Source: Spirochaetia bacterium (GTDB lineage Bacteria > Spirochaetota > Spirochaetia > SZUA-6 > Bin103). Taken from it: a DNA stretch of 64,000 bases. Positions 22,491 through 31,968 of this stretch are shown piece after piece. Position numbers and translations under genes: made by a program. The notes under the pieces are model-generated. The model was not told the origin of the DNA and did no database searches. It saw only the letters and a list, made by a program, of their open reading frames with translations. The stretch is from positions 512,001 through 576,000 of the forward strand of contig OZ241907.1 in the NCBI GenBank assembly GCA_965203515.1, read 5' to 3'. Numbering within the stretch: the first letter of the stretch is position 1; each line of letters starts with the position of its first letter.

Positions 22491-22844
22491 TCAGGCGATT
22501 TCGGCGTAGCTCAACTCCTCGTGTCGGTTCCAGAAATCGATCCCTGCCAACAGCATCCGCAGCTGCTCGGCGTCGATCTCTCGCCGCGCCTCGGCCGCCG
22601 TTCGCGGCCACGGAAAGCTGCCCTGCTCCAACCGCTTCATCCACAGACAGAACCCCGTCCGATCCCAGTACACCGCCTTCAGCAGTCGCCGCTGCCCGTT
22701 GCAGAACACGAACAACGACGCCTCGAACGGACTCAACCGCATCTGCTCCTGCACCAGCAGCACCAGCCCGTTGATCTGCTTGCGCAGGTCGGTCGCACCA
22801 GGCCGCACGTAGATGCGCGCCGCCTCCAACTCCAGCCGGATCAC
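22491..22844 (-). CDS. tnpB: IS66 accessory protein TnpB
   Basis: TDLRKQINGL, FVFCN, YWDRTGFCLWMKRLE. Confidence 0.95.
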   Translation of the reverse strand: MIRLELEAARIYVRPGATDLRKQINGLVLLVQEQMRLSPFEASLFVFCNGQRRLLKAVYWDRTGFCLWMKRLEQGSFPWPRTAAEARREIDAEQLRMLLAGIDFWNRHEELSYAEIA

Positions 22845-23155
22845 TTCAGCGCCTCCAGCGCCGCCAGCACCTCGCGCAGATGCTCAGCGCGGACCGACGG
22901 CCACAGCCGCAGCACGTACCGCTCGCCGACCAGCAACTCCATCGTCGCGTGCTGCTCGGCGTCCTTGGCCCCGCCGGCCGCCCGCGCCAACTCGACCAGC
23001 GGCTGACGCCGGTCGGCCGTCTCCGGCAGCTTGCCGTCCCAGTTGCGCAGCGACCAGTAGGACAGACCATGCTGCTCGCAATACGCCTTCTTCGTGAGCC
23101 CACTGCGTCGCCACGCTGCCACGTGCCGGCTCCAATACTCTCGTCCCTGTCTCAT
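22841..23155 (-). CDS. tnpA: IS66 accessory protein TnpA
   Basis: W..HVAAWRRSGLTKKAYCEQHGL HTH. Confidence 0.9.
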   Translation of the reverse strand: MRQGREYWSRHVAAWRRSGLTKKAYCEQHGLSYWSLRNWDGKLPETADRRQPLVELARAAGGAKDAEQHATMELLVGERYVLRLWPSVRAEHLREVLAALEALK

Positions 23156-23228
23156 CGTTCGTCCCTCCTGCCAGGGACGATGTACCTCTATATATCCCCT
23201 TGTAAGGTGGGGTTCACCGGACGCTTAC

Positions 23229-23868
23229 CGACTCGTTCGACTTCACCGTCGTGCCGCTGCTGTCCAAGGCGCACGTGACCGCACTCTGCGCCGGCGACCG
23301 CTGGCTCGACGAAGGCGCCAACCTGCTGCTCATCGGACCGCCCGGCACCGGCAAGAGCCATCTGGCAGCCGCCATCGGCTTGGCGCTCATCGAGCACGGC
23401 TTCCGGGTGCTGTTCACCCGCACCACCGACCTCACTCAACGGCTGCAGCGCGCGTGCCGCGACCTGACCCTGGAGGCAGCCATCGCCAAGCTCGACAAGT
23501 ACCACCTGCTGATCCTCGATGACTTCGCCTACGTCACCAAGGATCAGGCCGAGACCAGCGTGCTGTTCGAGTTGATCATCGCCCGCTACGAGCAGCGCTC
23601 GCTGCTGCTCACCGCCAATCAGCCGTTCGGCCAGTGGGACTCGATCTTCCCCGACCCCACCATGACCCTGGCGGCCGTCGACCGGCTGGTGCATCACGCG
23701 ACCATCTTCGAACTCAACGTCGAAAGCTACCGCCGCCGCACCGCCGTGCAGCGCCGCGCGGCTGCCCAGCCGGCCGCCGGTACCGACCCGGCCGCCGCCA
23801 GTGACACTCCGGCGGCCGCTCAGGGCTCCCAGGATCCAGGATCGGCCGGTCAGCCGCCCGTTACGTAA
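23229..23868 (+). pseudogene. istB: istB 3' part (AAA+ ATPase)
   Basis: FDF; GPPGTGKSHL Walker A; LLILDDFAY Walker B; AAVDRLVHHA. Confidence 0.9.
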
Positions 23869-23883
23869 CGGTGCGCACTAGCT

Positions 23884-24171
23884 ATGGCGTTGAGCAACGC
23901 GGCACGACAACGCCGCTACCGCGCGCGCCGCAACGCCGCGCCCCGCCGGGTGCAGTTCCGCAGGCCGCACGACCGCCGGTCGCGCCCGCAACGCTGGCAG
24001 GATGCGGTGCGCACCCTGCGCGACCTTCAGGACGAGTACCAGGCGTGGCTCGACCACTTGCCCGACCCGCTCCGGGAGTCTGCGGTCGCCGTCAAGCTGG
24101 AGGCGATCTGCGACCTTGATCTTGCTGACCTGGAGAGCATCGAGCCGCCGCTCGGCTACGGCCGCGACTGA
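23884..24171 (+). CDS. Passenger hypothetical protein inside IS21
   Basis: 95-aa ORF (SNAARQRRYR...PPLGYGRD) between istB and the right IR. Confidence 0.65.
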   Translation: MALSNAARQRRYRARRNAAPRRVQFRRPHDRRSRPQRWQDAVRTLRDLQDEYQAWLDHLPDPLRESAVAVKLEAICDLDLADLESIEPPLGYGRD

Positions 24172-24419
24172 CACCCCGGGTACTACCTCACGCCTGATCC
24201 GGTCCGCCGCCCACCACGCGCCAAGCCGTTTGCGAACGCCATCACGCCTCCCGACCGGCGCCGATCTGACCGTTGCTCGGGACCTCGACGGGGCGCCTCC
24301 CGCCGCCGCTTCCCGTGCTTGCCAACCCACGTCCCCTTGTGGCAACGTCCCGGCCGTTGCGACACCGGTTTTTCTCATCTTGATTGTCGCTCGGTTCTCA
24401 TCCTGATTGTCGCGCTACA

Positions 24420-24644
24420 CCAGATGTCGGCATCGACGCCGAGCACCCTCTCGAACTGGACGGCGGTCCTTGGCTCGATCGGAGCCTTCCCGGCGATGAT
24501 CTCGCTGATGAGCTGCGCGGACCGGCCGCACCGACGTGCGAACTCGGCTTGAGAGATGCCGTGCGCCTCCAGCCGTTCCTCCAATACCAGCCCGGGCGGA
24601 ACCGCATAGTCGGGCCGGTACTCATTCATCGCTGCTGTCGCCAT
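24420..24644 (-). pseudogene. higA: higA antitoxin 5' part (XRE HTH)
   Basis: GGAGGAGG RBS; PDYAVPPG.VLEE.LE..GISQAEFARR.G.S...ISEII.GK..I. Confidence 0.85.
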
Positions 24645-24660
24645 GTCCTCCTCCTGATCT

Positions 24661-24690
24661 TCAATGATAGTCGGTCACTTCGCGCACGCT
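24661..24690 (-). pseudogene. C-terminal remnant of a HigB toxin
   Basis: VREVTDYH* (HigB-type DYH terminus) just upstream of higA. Confidence 0.55.
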
Positions 24691-25348
24691 GCCGGCGAAG
24701 CGCCGCGTTCTTCGTCTTCGGCGCCGAAGTTGTGTCGCCCGCCGGCGTAGCTGCCGTGTCCGGGCGGTCCGGGACGCGGTCCGCCTACAGCGGCGCAGCA
24801 GCCCCGTCTCCCGGCTGCGCCGCCGCCTGAGCCGATACCTTCGCCGCCGAAGTCTGCTCGGCGCCTGCGGCATGGGCAGTGGGTGGCGTGGCGGTCCGGA
24901 TCGCCGGAGATGCTGGCCGAAGTCGATGGACTGCTGCGCAAACGATCCGCTCCATGCGTGGGCGCGCAGGGACTTTGCGCCGATCGCCGCCGCGATTGAT
25001 GCTATGCTGCTGAAGCACGGATGGCTGAAGACACCGACACCGACTATTCAGGAAGACACGTGAGGCGGCCGAATTTCCCGACCGAGCCGCCCGACGAGGC
25101 CAGGTGGAAGGATCTGCGGGTAACAGTGCTGGACGATGGCACGGAAGTGATGCATTTCAACGGCGCCTGGTATCGGGTCGGCCCCAAAGGACTCACCGAC
25201 GAGCGCATCGACGTGGACCCGTACGCCGACGACAGCCGCGAGTACGATGGAGGGGACGATGATGAGCAAGGCTGAGCTTCCCTGGTCCGCTCCAGCAGGC
25301 GGTCGTCTGAGAGGGCGGAAACGGCGGAAGTCATGGTAGCGTGGGTTC
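24690..25348 (-). pseudogene. Deleted paralogue of the DUF222-HNH gene with a foreign insert
   Basis: 25282-25348 resembles 18414-18500 (VSALSDDRLL); 24690-24870 resembles 17430-17700 including two CTTCG-N4-CGAAG motifs. Confidence 0.75.
25060..25275 (+). CDS. Small acidic hypothetical protein
   Basis: AGGAAG RBS; GTG start overlapping the TGA of an upstream partial ORF (GTGA). Confidence 0.4.
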   Translation: MRRPNFPTEPPDEARWKDLRVTVLDDGTEVMHFNGAWYRVGPKGLTDERIDVDPYADDSREYDGGDDDEQG

Positions 25349-25349
25349 T

Positions 25350-26744
25350 ATGCAGAAGATTCTGTTCCTTGACGACTGGTGCCTGGAGTCGGCGCGCAAC
25401 GTCGTGCGGCGGCCGGGCCGGCCGAGGCCGGTCCCCGAGGGCACGTTCTCCGATCCGTTCGATCTGGGCAACGCCTATCCGTCGGTCTTCTTCGATGAGC
25501 AACGCGACCGCTGGCGGGTGATCTACGGCGGCCAGCCGGACCCGGACAACCACATCTGCAACGCCCTGTTCGGGGCGATCGGCGAAGACGGGGTCGACTG
25601 GGAGATCGACCGGGTCGGGAACGATCACACCTCCTGGTCGGGCGCCTTCCCGCACTGCCTGACGGAGGGGAGGAGGAACGCGGAGAGCGGCCACGTCTAC
25701 CAGGATCCGCGCGACTCCCGACATCCGTACAAGCTCCTCTACCTGGACTGGGACTGGCGCAGCGGGCCGGCGACGATGCGCAACCCGGTGGTGGTCTCGG
25801 CCGACGGCTACCGGTGGCTCGACCTGCCGGGCGCGCGCTGGGGCGACTGGTCCAGCGATACCTGCCACACGATCTTCTTCAACAAGCTCACCGGCCGGCA
25901 CCAGGTGATGTGCCGCGCCAAGGACGTCAAGCCGCCGTTCAGCCAGCGGCTGGTGGCGACCATGGAGACCGAGGACTGGCTCCATTTCAGCGAGCCGGAG
26001 ACGATCGTCCGCCCCGATTCCTGCGATCCGCCGCTCGCGCAGCCGTACGGCATGCCGACGTTCGCGTATGGCGATTACTTCATCGGCTTCCTGTGGCTCC
26101 TGCACGGCGACCCGGGCGAGACGACCACCAAGGGGGCCGGGCCGGTGTCCAACCACCTCGTCTACAGCATCAACGGCCGCAACGTCAACCGTACCGTCCG
26201 CGACCAGTTCATCGCCCCGGCGGAGCCGGGCGAGTTGGGCGGATACGGCTTCTATCCCTGCAGCCTGGTGCAACTGCCGGACGAGCTGCGCATCTATTCC
26301 ACGGGCAGCCGCACCGACCACGGCGGCCGCGGAACGATTCCCGCGGGTCAGCACCGCATCGCGATGACCCTGCACACGCTGCGGCCCGACGGCTTCATGT
26401 ACCTGGAGAGCCGTTCCGGCGGCGCGAGCGTGATGACCAAGGGATTCGAGCTTACCGAGGGCAGTCTGGCGCTCAACGTGGAGGCGCCGATCGGCGAGGT
26501 GCGGGCGCAGGTCTACGTGCAGACCGACGTGCTGCCGGGCGATCCGCCGCCGGTCCAGCAGGTAGCCGAGGGATTCTCGGCCCGGGAGTGCCGGCCGTTC
26601 AGCGGCGACGACCTGCGCTGGTCGCCGACCTGGACCAGCGGCCGAACGCTGGACGAGCTGATCGGCCGTACCGTGCGGGTCGAGATTCTGTTCGAGCGCG
26701 CCCGTCTGTACGCGCTCGAGGTGGGCGGCATCCTGCTGCGATGA
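25350..26744 (+). CDS. Five-bladed beta-propeller glycosidase-like protein (GH32/43/130 clan-like)
   Basis: LFLDD, YPSV..D, SADGYRW, YGMP.F.YGDYFIG, LRPDGF. Confidence 0.6.
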   Translation: MQKILFLDDWCLESARNVVRRPGRPRPVPEGTFSDPFDLGNAYPSVFFDEQRDRWRVIYGGQPDPDNHICNALFGAIGEDGVDWEIDRVGNDHTSWSGAFPHCLTEGRRNAESGHVYQDPRDSRHPYKLLYLDWDWRSGPATMRNPVVVSADGYRWLDLPGARWGDWSSDTCHTIFFNKLTGRHQVMCRAKDVKPPFSQRLVATMETEDWLHFSEPETIVRPDSCDPPLAQPYGMPTFAYGDYFIGFLWLLHGDPGETTTKGAGPVSNHLVYSINGRNVNRTVRDQFIAPAEPGELGGYGFYPCSLVQLPDELRIYSTGSRTDHGGRGTIPAGQHRIAMTLHTLRPDGFMYLESRSGGASVMTKGFELTEGSLALNVEAPIGEVRAQVYVQTDVLPGDPPPVQQVAEGFSARECRPFSGDDLRWSPTWTSGRTLDELIGRTVRVEILFERARLYALEVGGILLR

Positions 26745-26809
26745 CCGATCGATCGGCTGCTGAGTCGAGCCGAGGCCCGCAACTCGAACGGGTCCGCGCC
26801 GCAGCGCGG

Positions 26810-27937
26810 TCAGCGGTACCGAACGAGATAGGCGGCGAGCAGGGGATCGGCGATTCGATAGCCGCCCGCCACCAGCTCGATTACGCCTTGATTCCACAGC
26901 CGTCTGAAGGAGAGGGCCACCGTCCGGCTGGAGAGTCCCACGCCGCCGAGAAACCGCTTGGACTGAGGATGCTCGACCGTGCCGCGGCGCGCGATCTCGG
27001 TCAACACGGTCTCGTCGGTGCCGGAGAACGCCGACAGATAGGACGCATGGCGCCCTTCGCGGTTCTCCAGGAGCTTCAGCAAGGCTGACCGAACGTGCTC
27101 AGGGCCGATTTCGGTGCGCTCATGCAGTTCCATGATTTGGGCGCACAGGCGGTTGATCGCCTCGGGCACCCGTTGCATGTCGTCCTGAAGACCTCTCGAA
27201 ACTTCGCGCGCGATCGCCAGGCGACGCTGGCTGAACCGCTCCTCGATATAGGCGTGATAGTCGTCGTACGGTATCGACCGGAACTCCAGGTCGGTCCCCC
27301 AGCCGGCCAACGGAGCACCCGGCGCCGCGAACAGCTCCGCGAGCATGTGCCGCTTGGAGCCGAGGAGCAACACCGGCACGTCGCCCAGCGCCTCCAGGCA
27401 GGTGCGAAGCTGCGCGGGCGCTTCCTCCACCAGGGCCACGTCCTGGAATTCGTCCAGGACGACCAGCGAGTCGATCTCCTCGGTGATCCGGGCGATGCGC
27501 TCCCAGAGCGTCTGCAGCGCGAGGGGCGAATCGGCGGCGTCGGGATGGAGGGAGACGCTGGGACTTCCCGTCTGCGGATCCAGCGAGATCTCGGGCCGCA
27601 GCGACCCCAGGAATCGGCCCGCGCTCTCCAGCAGACCCTTGACCGGGAAGGAAGCGGCAAAGCACCGCTGCAGACCGGCGGCCAGCCGTTGGGTGAGCGA
27701 GCGCATGGAGCGAACTCCCAGCAGGTCCGCGAAATAGACGAAGTGGCGCCGGCGCCCGCCCTGAAACTCCTCGATCGTGACATTGCGGACGACCGAGGTC
27801 TTTCCGTAGTTCCGCGGACCGTACACCACCACGCGGGATGCGCTCCGCACCGCAGCCCGGAGCAGGCGCTGCTCACGCTCGAGATTGCAGATGTTGTCCC
27901 GGTCGACGAGCCGATCGAACACGAACTGCTTCACCAT
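26810..27937 (-). CDS. AAA+ ATPase (ATPase_2-like) with C-terminal winged helix
   Basis: GPRNYGKTS, LVVLDEFQ, GSKRHM, YRIADPLL. Confidence 0.8.
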   Translation of the reverse strand: MVKQFVFDRLVDRDNICNLEREQRLLRAAVRSASRVVVYGPRNYGKTSVVRNVTIEEFQGGRRRHFVYFADLLGVRSMRSLTQRLAAGLQRCFAASFPVKGLLESAGRFLGSLRPEISLDPQTGSPSVSLHPDAADSPLALQTLWERIARITEEIDSLVVLDEFQDVALVEEAPAQLRTCLEALGDVPVLLLGSKRHMLAELFAAPGAPLAGWGTDLEFRSIPYDDYHAYIEERFSQRRLAIAREVSRGLQDDMQRVPEAINRLCAQIMELHERTEIGPEHVRSALLKLLENREGRHASYLSAFSGTDETVLTEIARRGTVEHPQSKRFLGGVGLSSRTVALSFRRLWNQGVIELVAGGYRIADPLLAAYLVRYR

Positions 27938-27946
27938 ACCGATGTT

Positions 27947-27979
27947 ATGATACTATCAGTATCATACTGATGGTATCAT
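27947..27979. promoter_or_regulatory. AT-rich inverted-repeat operator upstream of the AAA+ ATPase
   Basis: ATGATACTATCAGTA-tca-TACTGATGGTATCAT (14/15 arm match). Confidence 0.65.
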
Positions 27980-28053
27980 GGCGATGCCATCATATCATCG
28001 CTTGGGTGAGCGCGGGTCAGACCGCCAACCGGCAACGGCAAATCGGCAGCCTC

Positions 28054-29313
28054 TCAAGGGTTGCCGCCCGCAGCGCCCGGCGCCGTGCGCGAGCGGCCCC
28101 CGGCTGCCAGCAGGCAGATGATTGCCGCCGCGAAGACGACGGCGATGATGAGGAAGGCGGCCGAGAACGACCCGGTGCGGTCGTGGAGCCAGCCGGCCAG
28201 GACCGGCGCCGCGGCCATCGAGCCGGTCATGGCGACCTGCACCACGCCCTGAATGCTGCCGAACGCCTTCATGCCGAACGCCTCCTGGACGATCAGCACC
28301 AGCAGCGCGCCGAGTCCGCCGAACCCCAGCCCGAACACCAGGATGCCGCACCACATCGCCGGCACGGAGGCGGCCAGCGCCATGATGACCAGCCCCACGG
28401 TCTGCAGTCCCACCGACGCGACGCAGCAGAGCCGCGCGGTCCAGCGTTCGCTCAGCGCGCCGAAGCCGAGCTTGGAGCCGATCCCCATGGCGGCGATCAC
28501 CGCCAATCCGGTGGTCGCCAGTGCCGGCGTGAAGCCCTGCTCGGCGAAGTGCTGGCGAAGCTGGGTCAGCACCCCCTGATAGGTAAAGGTGGCGCCGAAC
28601 AGACCGCACAGAATCAGCCAGAAGTTCCGCTTGCGCAGCGCCTGCCGCAGGGTGACGCCGCTGCTCATCAGGCGGCGCGATGCCTGCGCCGCCGCGCCGC
28701 GGCGGGTGCGGCGCATCTCGTGCGCCACCAGCGCCGGGTCCTCGCGAATGATCACCAGCGCCGCCAGCGCCAGCAGGAGCAGCAGAACCCCGAAGGCCAG
28801 GTAGCCCCACTGCCAGCCGCCGACGGCTACCAGGGCGGCGGCCAGCGCCGGCATGGTGAGGCCGCCGGCGTTGTTGCCGGCGGTGACCGCTCCCATCACC
28901 CGCCCGCGGGCAGCGGGGAACCAGAGCCCTACCAGCTTGCCCGCCGGCAGCGTGGTGGCGCCCGGGAAGCCGGCGTAGACCAGGGCGCTGAACAGGTACC
29001 AGTGCCACAGCGAGGTGATCAGCGGGCGCAGCAGGAAACCGGCGGCGACCAGCAGCAGGGAGACCACCGCTACCGGCCGCGCCCCCCAACGGTCGAGCGC
29101 GCGGCCGGCGAAGGGCGCCACCAAGCCGGACACGACCGCCAGGGAGAGCGACAGATTGAGGGCGGTCTGGCTCCACCCGAACTGGTCGCGCAGCGGTCCT
29201 GCGAACTCGCCGAAGGCGTACTGGCTGGTGCCGATGGTGAGCCCGGTCGAGAGGAAGGCGACCACCGCGATCGGGTAACCGCGATACACGGGTTCGAAGC
29301 TCCGCGCGATCAT
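28054..29313 (-). CDS. MFS transporter
   Basis: About 12 hydrophobic segments; GRALDRWGAR motif A; WFPAARG. Confidence 0.9.
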   Translation of the reverse strand: MIARSFEPVYRGYPIAVVAFLSTGLTIGTSQYAFGEFAGPLRDQFGWSQTALNLSLSLAVVSGLVAPFAGRALDRWGARPVAVVSLLLVAAGFLLRPLITSLWHWYLFSALVYAGFPGATTLPAGKLVGLWFPAARGRVMGAVTAGNNAGGLTMPALAAALVAVGGWQWGYLAFGVLLLLLALAALVIIREDPALVAHEMRRTRRGAAAQASRRLMSSGVTLRQALRKRNFWLILCGLFGATFTYQGVLTQLRQHFAEQGFTPALATTGLAVIAAMGIGSKLGFGALSERWTARLCCVASVGLQTVGLVIMALAASVPAMWCGILVFGLGFGGLGALLVLIVQEAFGMKAFGSIQGVVQVAMTGSMAAAPVLAGWLHDRTGSFSAAFLIIAVVFAAAIICLLAAGGRSRTAPGAAGGNP

Positions 29314-29426
29314 GCCGTCGGCTGCAGTTCGATGTCGTGGATGCGCTTCAGGGGCAGGGCGGTGATGGCGTCGGCGAGCGGATACTCACGGTCGCCGGGA
29401 TAGAGTACCCACAGGTGCGCCAGCCT
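29310..29426 (-). pseudogene. C-terminal remnant of a DUF4143-type AAA ATPase
   Basis: RLAHLWVLYPGDREYPLADAITALPL...*; stop overlaps the MFS ATG. Confidence 0.45.
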
Positions 29427-29578
29427 CGACGACGGCGGCGAGCAGCCGGCGGCGTGGGATCGATTGTCGCATATCGATCTTCGTCTATCAGATATTCAAC
29501 AATGATGGAAGCCTCGCCGGTGCCGTAGGCAGCCCGGCCCACGCTATCGTTCCTGGCGTCGCTATTTTCCTGGCGTCG

Positions 29579-31036
29579 CTATCGGCCTTGTCCCACGGAA
29601 CGGCCGGCGCCTTCGGGGTGGGGCAGCTCGGCGTGACGCGACAGCAGCCGTGCGAGCCGGGCGCCGACCGCCGGCTGGGGCGGGCAACTGCGGCGGGTCT
29701 CGAGATCGACGTGCAGCAGCAGATGCTCGCCGGTAGCGGCGAGTGCGCCGGCGCTCTTCTCCAGCCGGTGAAAGAGATGGAGCTTCTTGCCGGCGCCGCC
29801 CAGGAGCTGCGTCGTCACGCGGATCCGGTCGCCGCCGCGGACCTCGTCCAGATGCCGCAGGTGGCTCTCCACGGTGAAGTAGCTCCGGCCGGCGGCGACG
29901 TAGTCCGCGCCGGCGCCGATCAGTTCCATGGTCCGGTCGGTGGCCTGCGCGAAGACCTCCAGATAGTGCGACTCGTTCACGTGACCGTTGTAGTCGGTCC
30001 AGCTCCGCGGCACCTGCCGCGCGACCGTGACCGGCAGAGGGCCGTCCCCGGCTCCGACCTCGGCCCCGGCATCCGGCAGGCTCCGTTCATGGGCGGCGAC
30101 GGTCCTGCCGGCGCCGTGATCGTTGCGCTTCAGGGCGCGCAGGATGGCGACCAGGTTGTCGTCCCGGATGCGCTCCAGGCGCCGCACGTCGTGCGCCCCG
30201 GACTGCCGGTCGGACTGCTCGGCGATCCGGTCGATCAGGTCGCCGGTCAACTCCGGGACGTCGGTCAGCCGGCTCCAGCGCCACTGCAGCGCCGGCCCGA
30301 ACTGCGCGATGAAGTGCCTCATGCCGGCTTCGCCGCCGGCGATGCGGTAGGTCTCGAACAGACCCATCTGCGCCCAGCGCAGGCCGAAGCCGCAGCGGAT
30401 CGCTTCGTCGATCTCGGCCGTGGTGGCGATGCCGTCCCGCACCAGCCACAACGCTTCGCGCCACGCCGCTTCCAGCAGCCGGTCGGCGACGTGCGCGTCG
30501 ATCTCCTTGCGGATCGGCAGCGGCCGCATGCCGACCGCCTGCAGGAGCGCGACGGCGCGGTCGCGGATCGCCGGGTCGGTCGCCGCCGACGGCACCACCT
30601 CCACCAGCGGCAGGAGATAGACCGGATTGAACGGGTGGCAAACCAATATCTGCCCCGGACGCCGCGCGCCGCGCTGCAGGTCCGATGGCTTGAATCCCGA
30701 CGTGGACGAGGCGAGCACGGCGCTCTCCGGCGCATGCCGCTGGACCTCGCCCAGGACGGCGTCCTTCGCCTCCAGCCGTTCGGGCACGCTTTCCTGTATC
30801 CAGTCGGCGTCGGCGACCGCCGCGGCGACCGAATCGCACCAGGTCAGCGCGCCTTCGGCCGGCAGGGCGCGGTCGTACAGGGCGGGCAGGCTGCGCCGGG
30901 CGTTGTCCAGGACCGCGCTCACCTGCCGCCTGGCGTCGGGGCTCGGATCGAACACCGCCGCGTCCCAGCCGTTGAGCAGGAACCGCGCGGCCCAGCCGCT
31001 GCCGATCACGCCGCCGCCGATGATGGCGGCTCTCAT
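29579..31036 (-). CDS. lcdH: L-carnitine 3-dehydrogenase fused to betainyl-CoA thioesterase
   Basis: GGGVIGSGWAARF, QESVPE, HPFNPVYLLPLVE, GLRWAQMG; C-terminal hot-dog domain WTDYNGHVNE. Confidence 0.9.
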   Translation of the reverse strand: MRAAIIGGGVIGSGWAARFLLNGWDAAVFDPSPDARRQVSAVLDNARRSLPALYDRALPAEGALTWCDSVAAAVADADWIQESVPERLEAKDAVLGEVQRHAPESAVLASSTSGFKPSDLQRGARRPGQILVCHPFNPVYLLPLVEVVPSAATDPAIRDRAVALLQAVGMRPLPIRKEIDAHVADRLLEAAWREALWLVRDGIATTAEIDEAIRCGFGLRWAQMGLFETYRIAGGEAGMRHFIAQFGPALQWRWSRLTDVPELTGDLIDRIAEQSDRQSGAHDVRRLERIRDDNLVAILRALKRNDHGAGRTVAAHERSLPDAGAEVGAGDGPLPVTVARQVPRSWTDYNGHVNESHYLEVFAQATDRTMELIGAGADYVAAGRSYFTVESHLRHLDEVRGGDRIRVTTQLLGGAGKKLHLFHRLEKSAGALAATGEHLLLHVDLETRRSCPPQPAVGARLARLLSRHAELPHPEGAGRSVGQGR

Positions 31037-31941
31037 CGCCGGGATCGTTTGGTGAGCTGCAGCCGCTCGCGCACGCGCTCGGGTCCGGCCACGGTCGCGC
31101 CCATCGCTTCGATGATCGTCACCGCCCGCTCCACAAGCTGCGCGTTGGTGGCCGGCACGCCCTTGCGGAGATAGAGGTTGTCCTCCAGCCCGACGCGCAC
31201 GTTGCCGCCGGCCAGCACGGCCGCCGCCACGTAGGGAAGCTGATGACGCCCCAGGGAGAAGGCGGAGAAGACCCAGTCATCCGGCACGTTGCCGACCATC
31301 GCCGTGAAGGTGTTGAGGTCGTCCGGCGCGCCCCAGGGGATGCCCATGCAGAGCTGGACCAGCACCGGGCCCGGCAGGAGCCCCTCGTCGACCAGGGACC
31401 TGGCGAGCCACAGGTGTCCGGTATCGAACGCCTCGATCTCCGCCTTGACGCCAAGCTCGGCGATCATGGCCGCCATGGCGCGCAGCATGGCGGGCGTATT
31501 GGTCATCACGTAGTCGGCTTCCGCGAAGTTCATGGTGCCGCAGTCCAGGGTGCATAGCTCCGGCAGGCACTCGCGGATCGGCGCCATCCGCTCGTCGGCG
31601 CTCGCCATGTCGGTGCCCGCCCGCGGCGGCAAGGGACGATCGGGGCCGCCGAACACCATGTCGCCGCCCATGCCGGTCGTCAGGTTGAGCACCACGTCGA
31701 CATCCGCGCCGCGGATCCGGTCGGTCACCTCGCGGTAATACTCGATCTTGCGGCTCGGCGCTCCGCTCTGTGGATCGCGCACGTGGCAGTGCGCGATCGC
31801 CGCGCCCGCCTTGGCGGCTTCGATGGCGCCGTCGGCGATCTGCTCAGGACTGCGGGGAACGTGCGGGCTGCGGTCCTGCGTGGCGCCGGCGCCGGTCACC
31901 GCCGCCGTGATGAAGACCTCCCGTGACATCGCAAGGGGCAT
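31033..31941 (-). CDS. cdhC: Beta-keto acid cleavage enzyme (DUF849), 3-dehydrocarnitine cleavage
   Basis: FITAAVTG, AHCHVRDP, LDCGTMNF, RVGLEDN; adjacent to carnitine dehydrogenase. Confidence 0.85.
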   Translation of the reverse strand: MPLAMSREVFITAAVTGAGATQDRSPHVPRSPEQIADGAIEAAKAGAAIAHCHVRDPQSGAPSRKIEYYREVTDRIRGADVDVVLNLTTGMGGDMVFGGPDRPLPPRAGTDMASADERMAPIRECLPELCTLDCGTMNFAEADYVMTNTPAMLRAMAAMIAELGVKAEIEAFDTGHLWLARSLVDEGLLPGPVLVQLCMGIPWGAPDDLNTFTAMVGNVPDDWVFSAFSLGRHQLPYVAAAVLAGGNVRVGLEDNLYLRKGVPATNAQLVERAVTIIEAMGATVAGPERVRERLQLTKRSRR

Positions 31942-31968
31942 GGCGTACCTCCCGGCCCGCGCTCCGCG

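Larger units (their letters stand above)
20723..23228 (-). mobile_element. IS66-family element
   Basis: GTAAGCGTCCGG terminal IRs; 8-bp TSD CGACTCGT at 20715-20722 and 23229-23236; tnpA-tnpB-tnpC. Confidence 0.95.
18720..24419 (+). mobile_element. IS21-family element carrying a nested IS66
   Basis: TGT...ACA termini; two GCGACAATCA(A/G)GATGAGAA repeats at each end; 6-bp TSD CCAGAT at 18714-18719 and 24420-24425. Confidence 0.95.
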
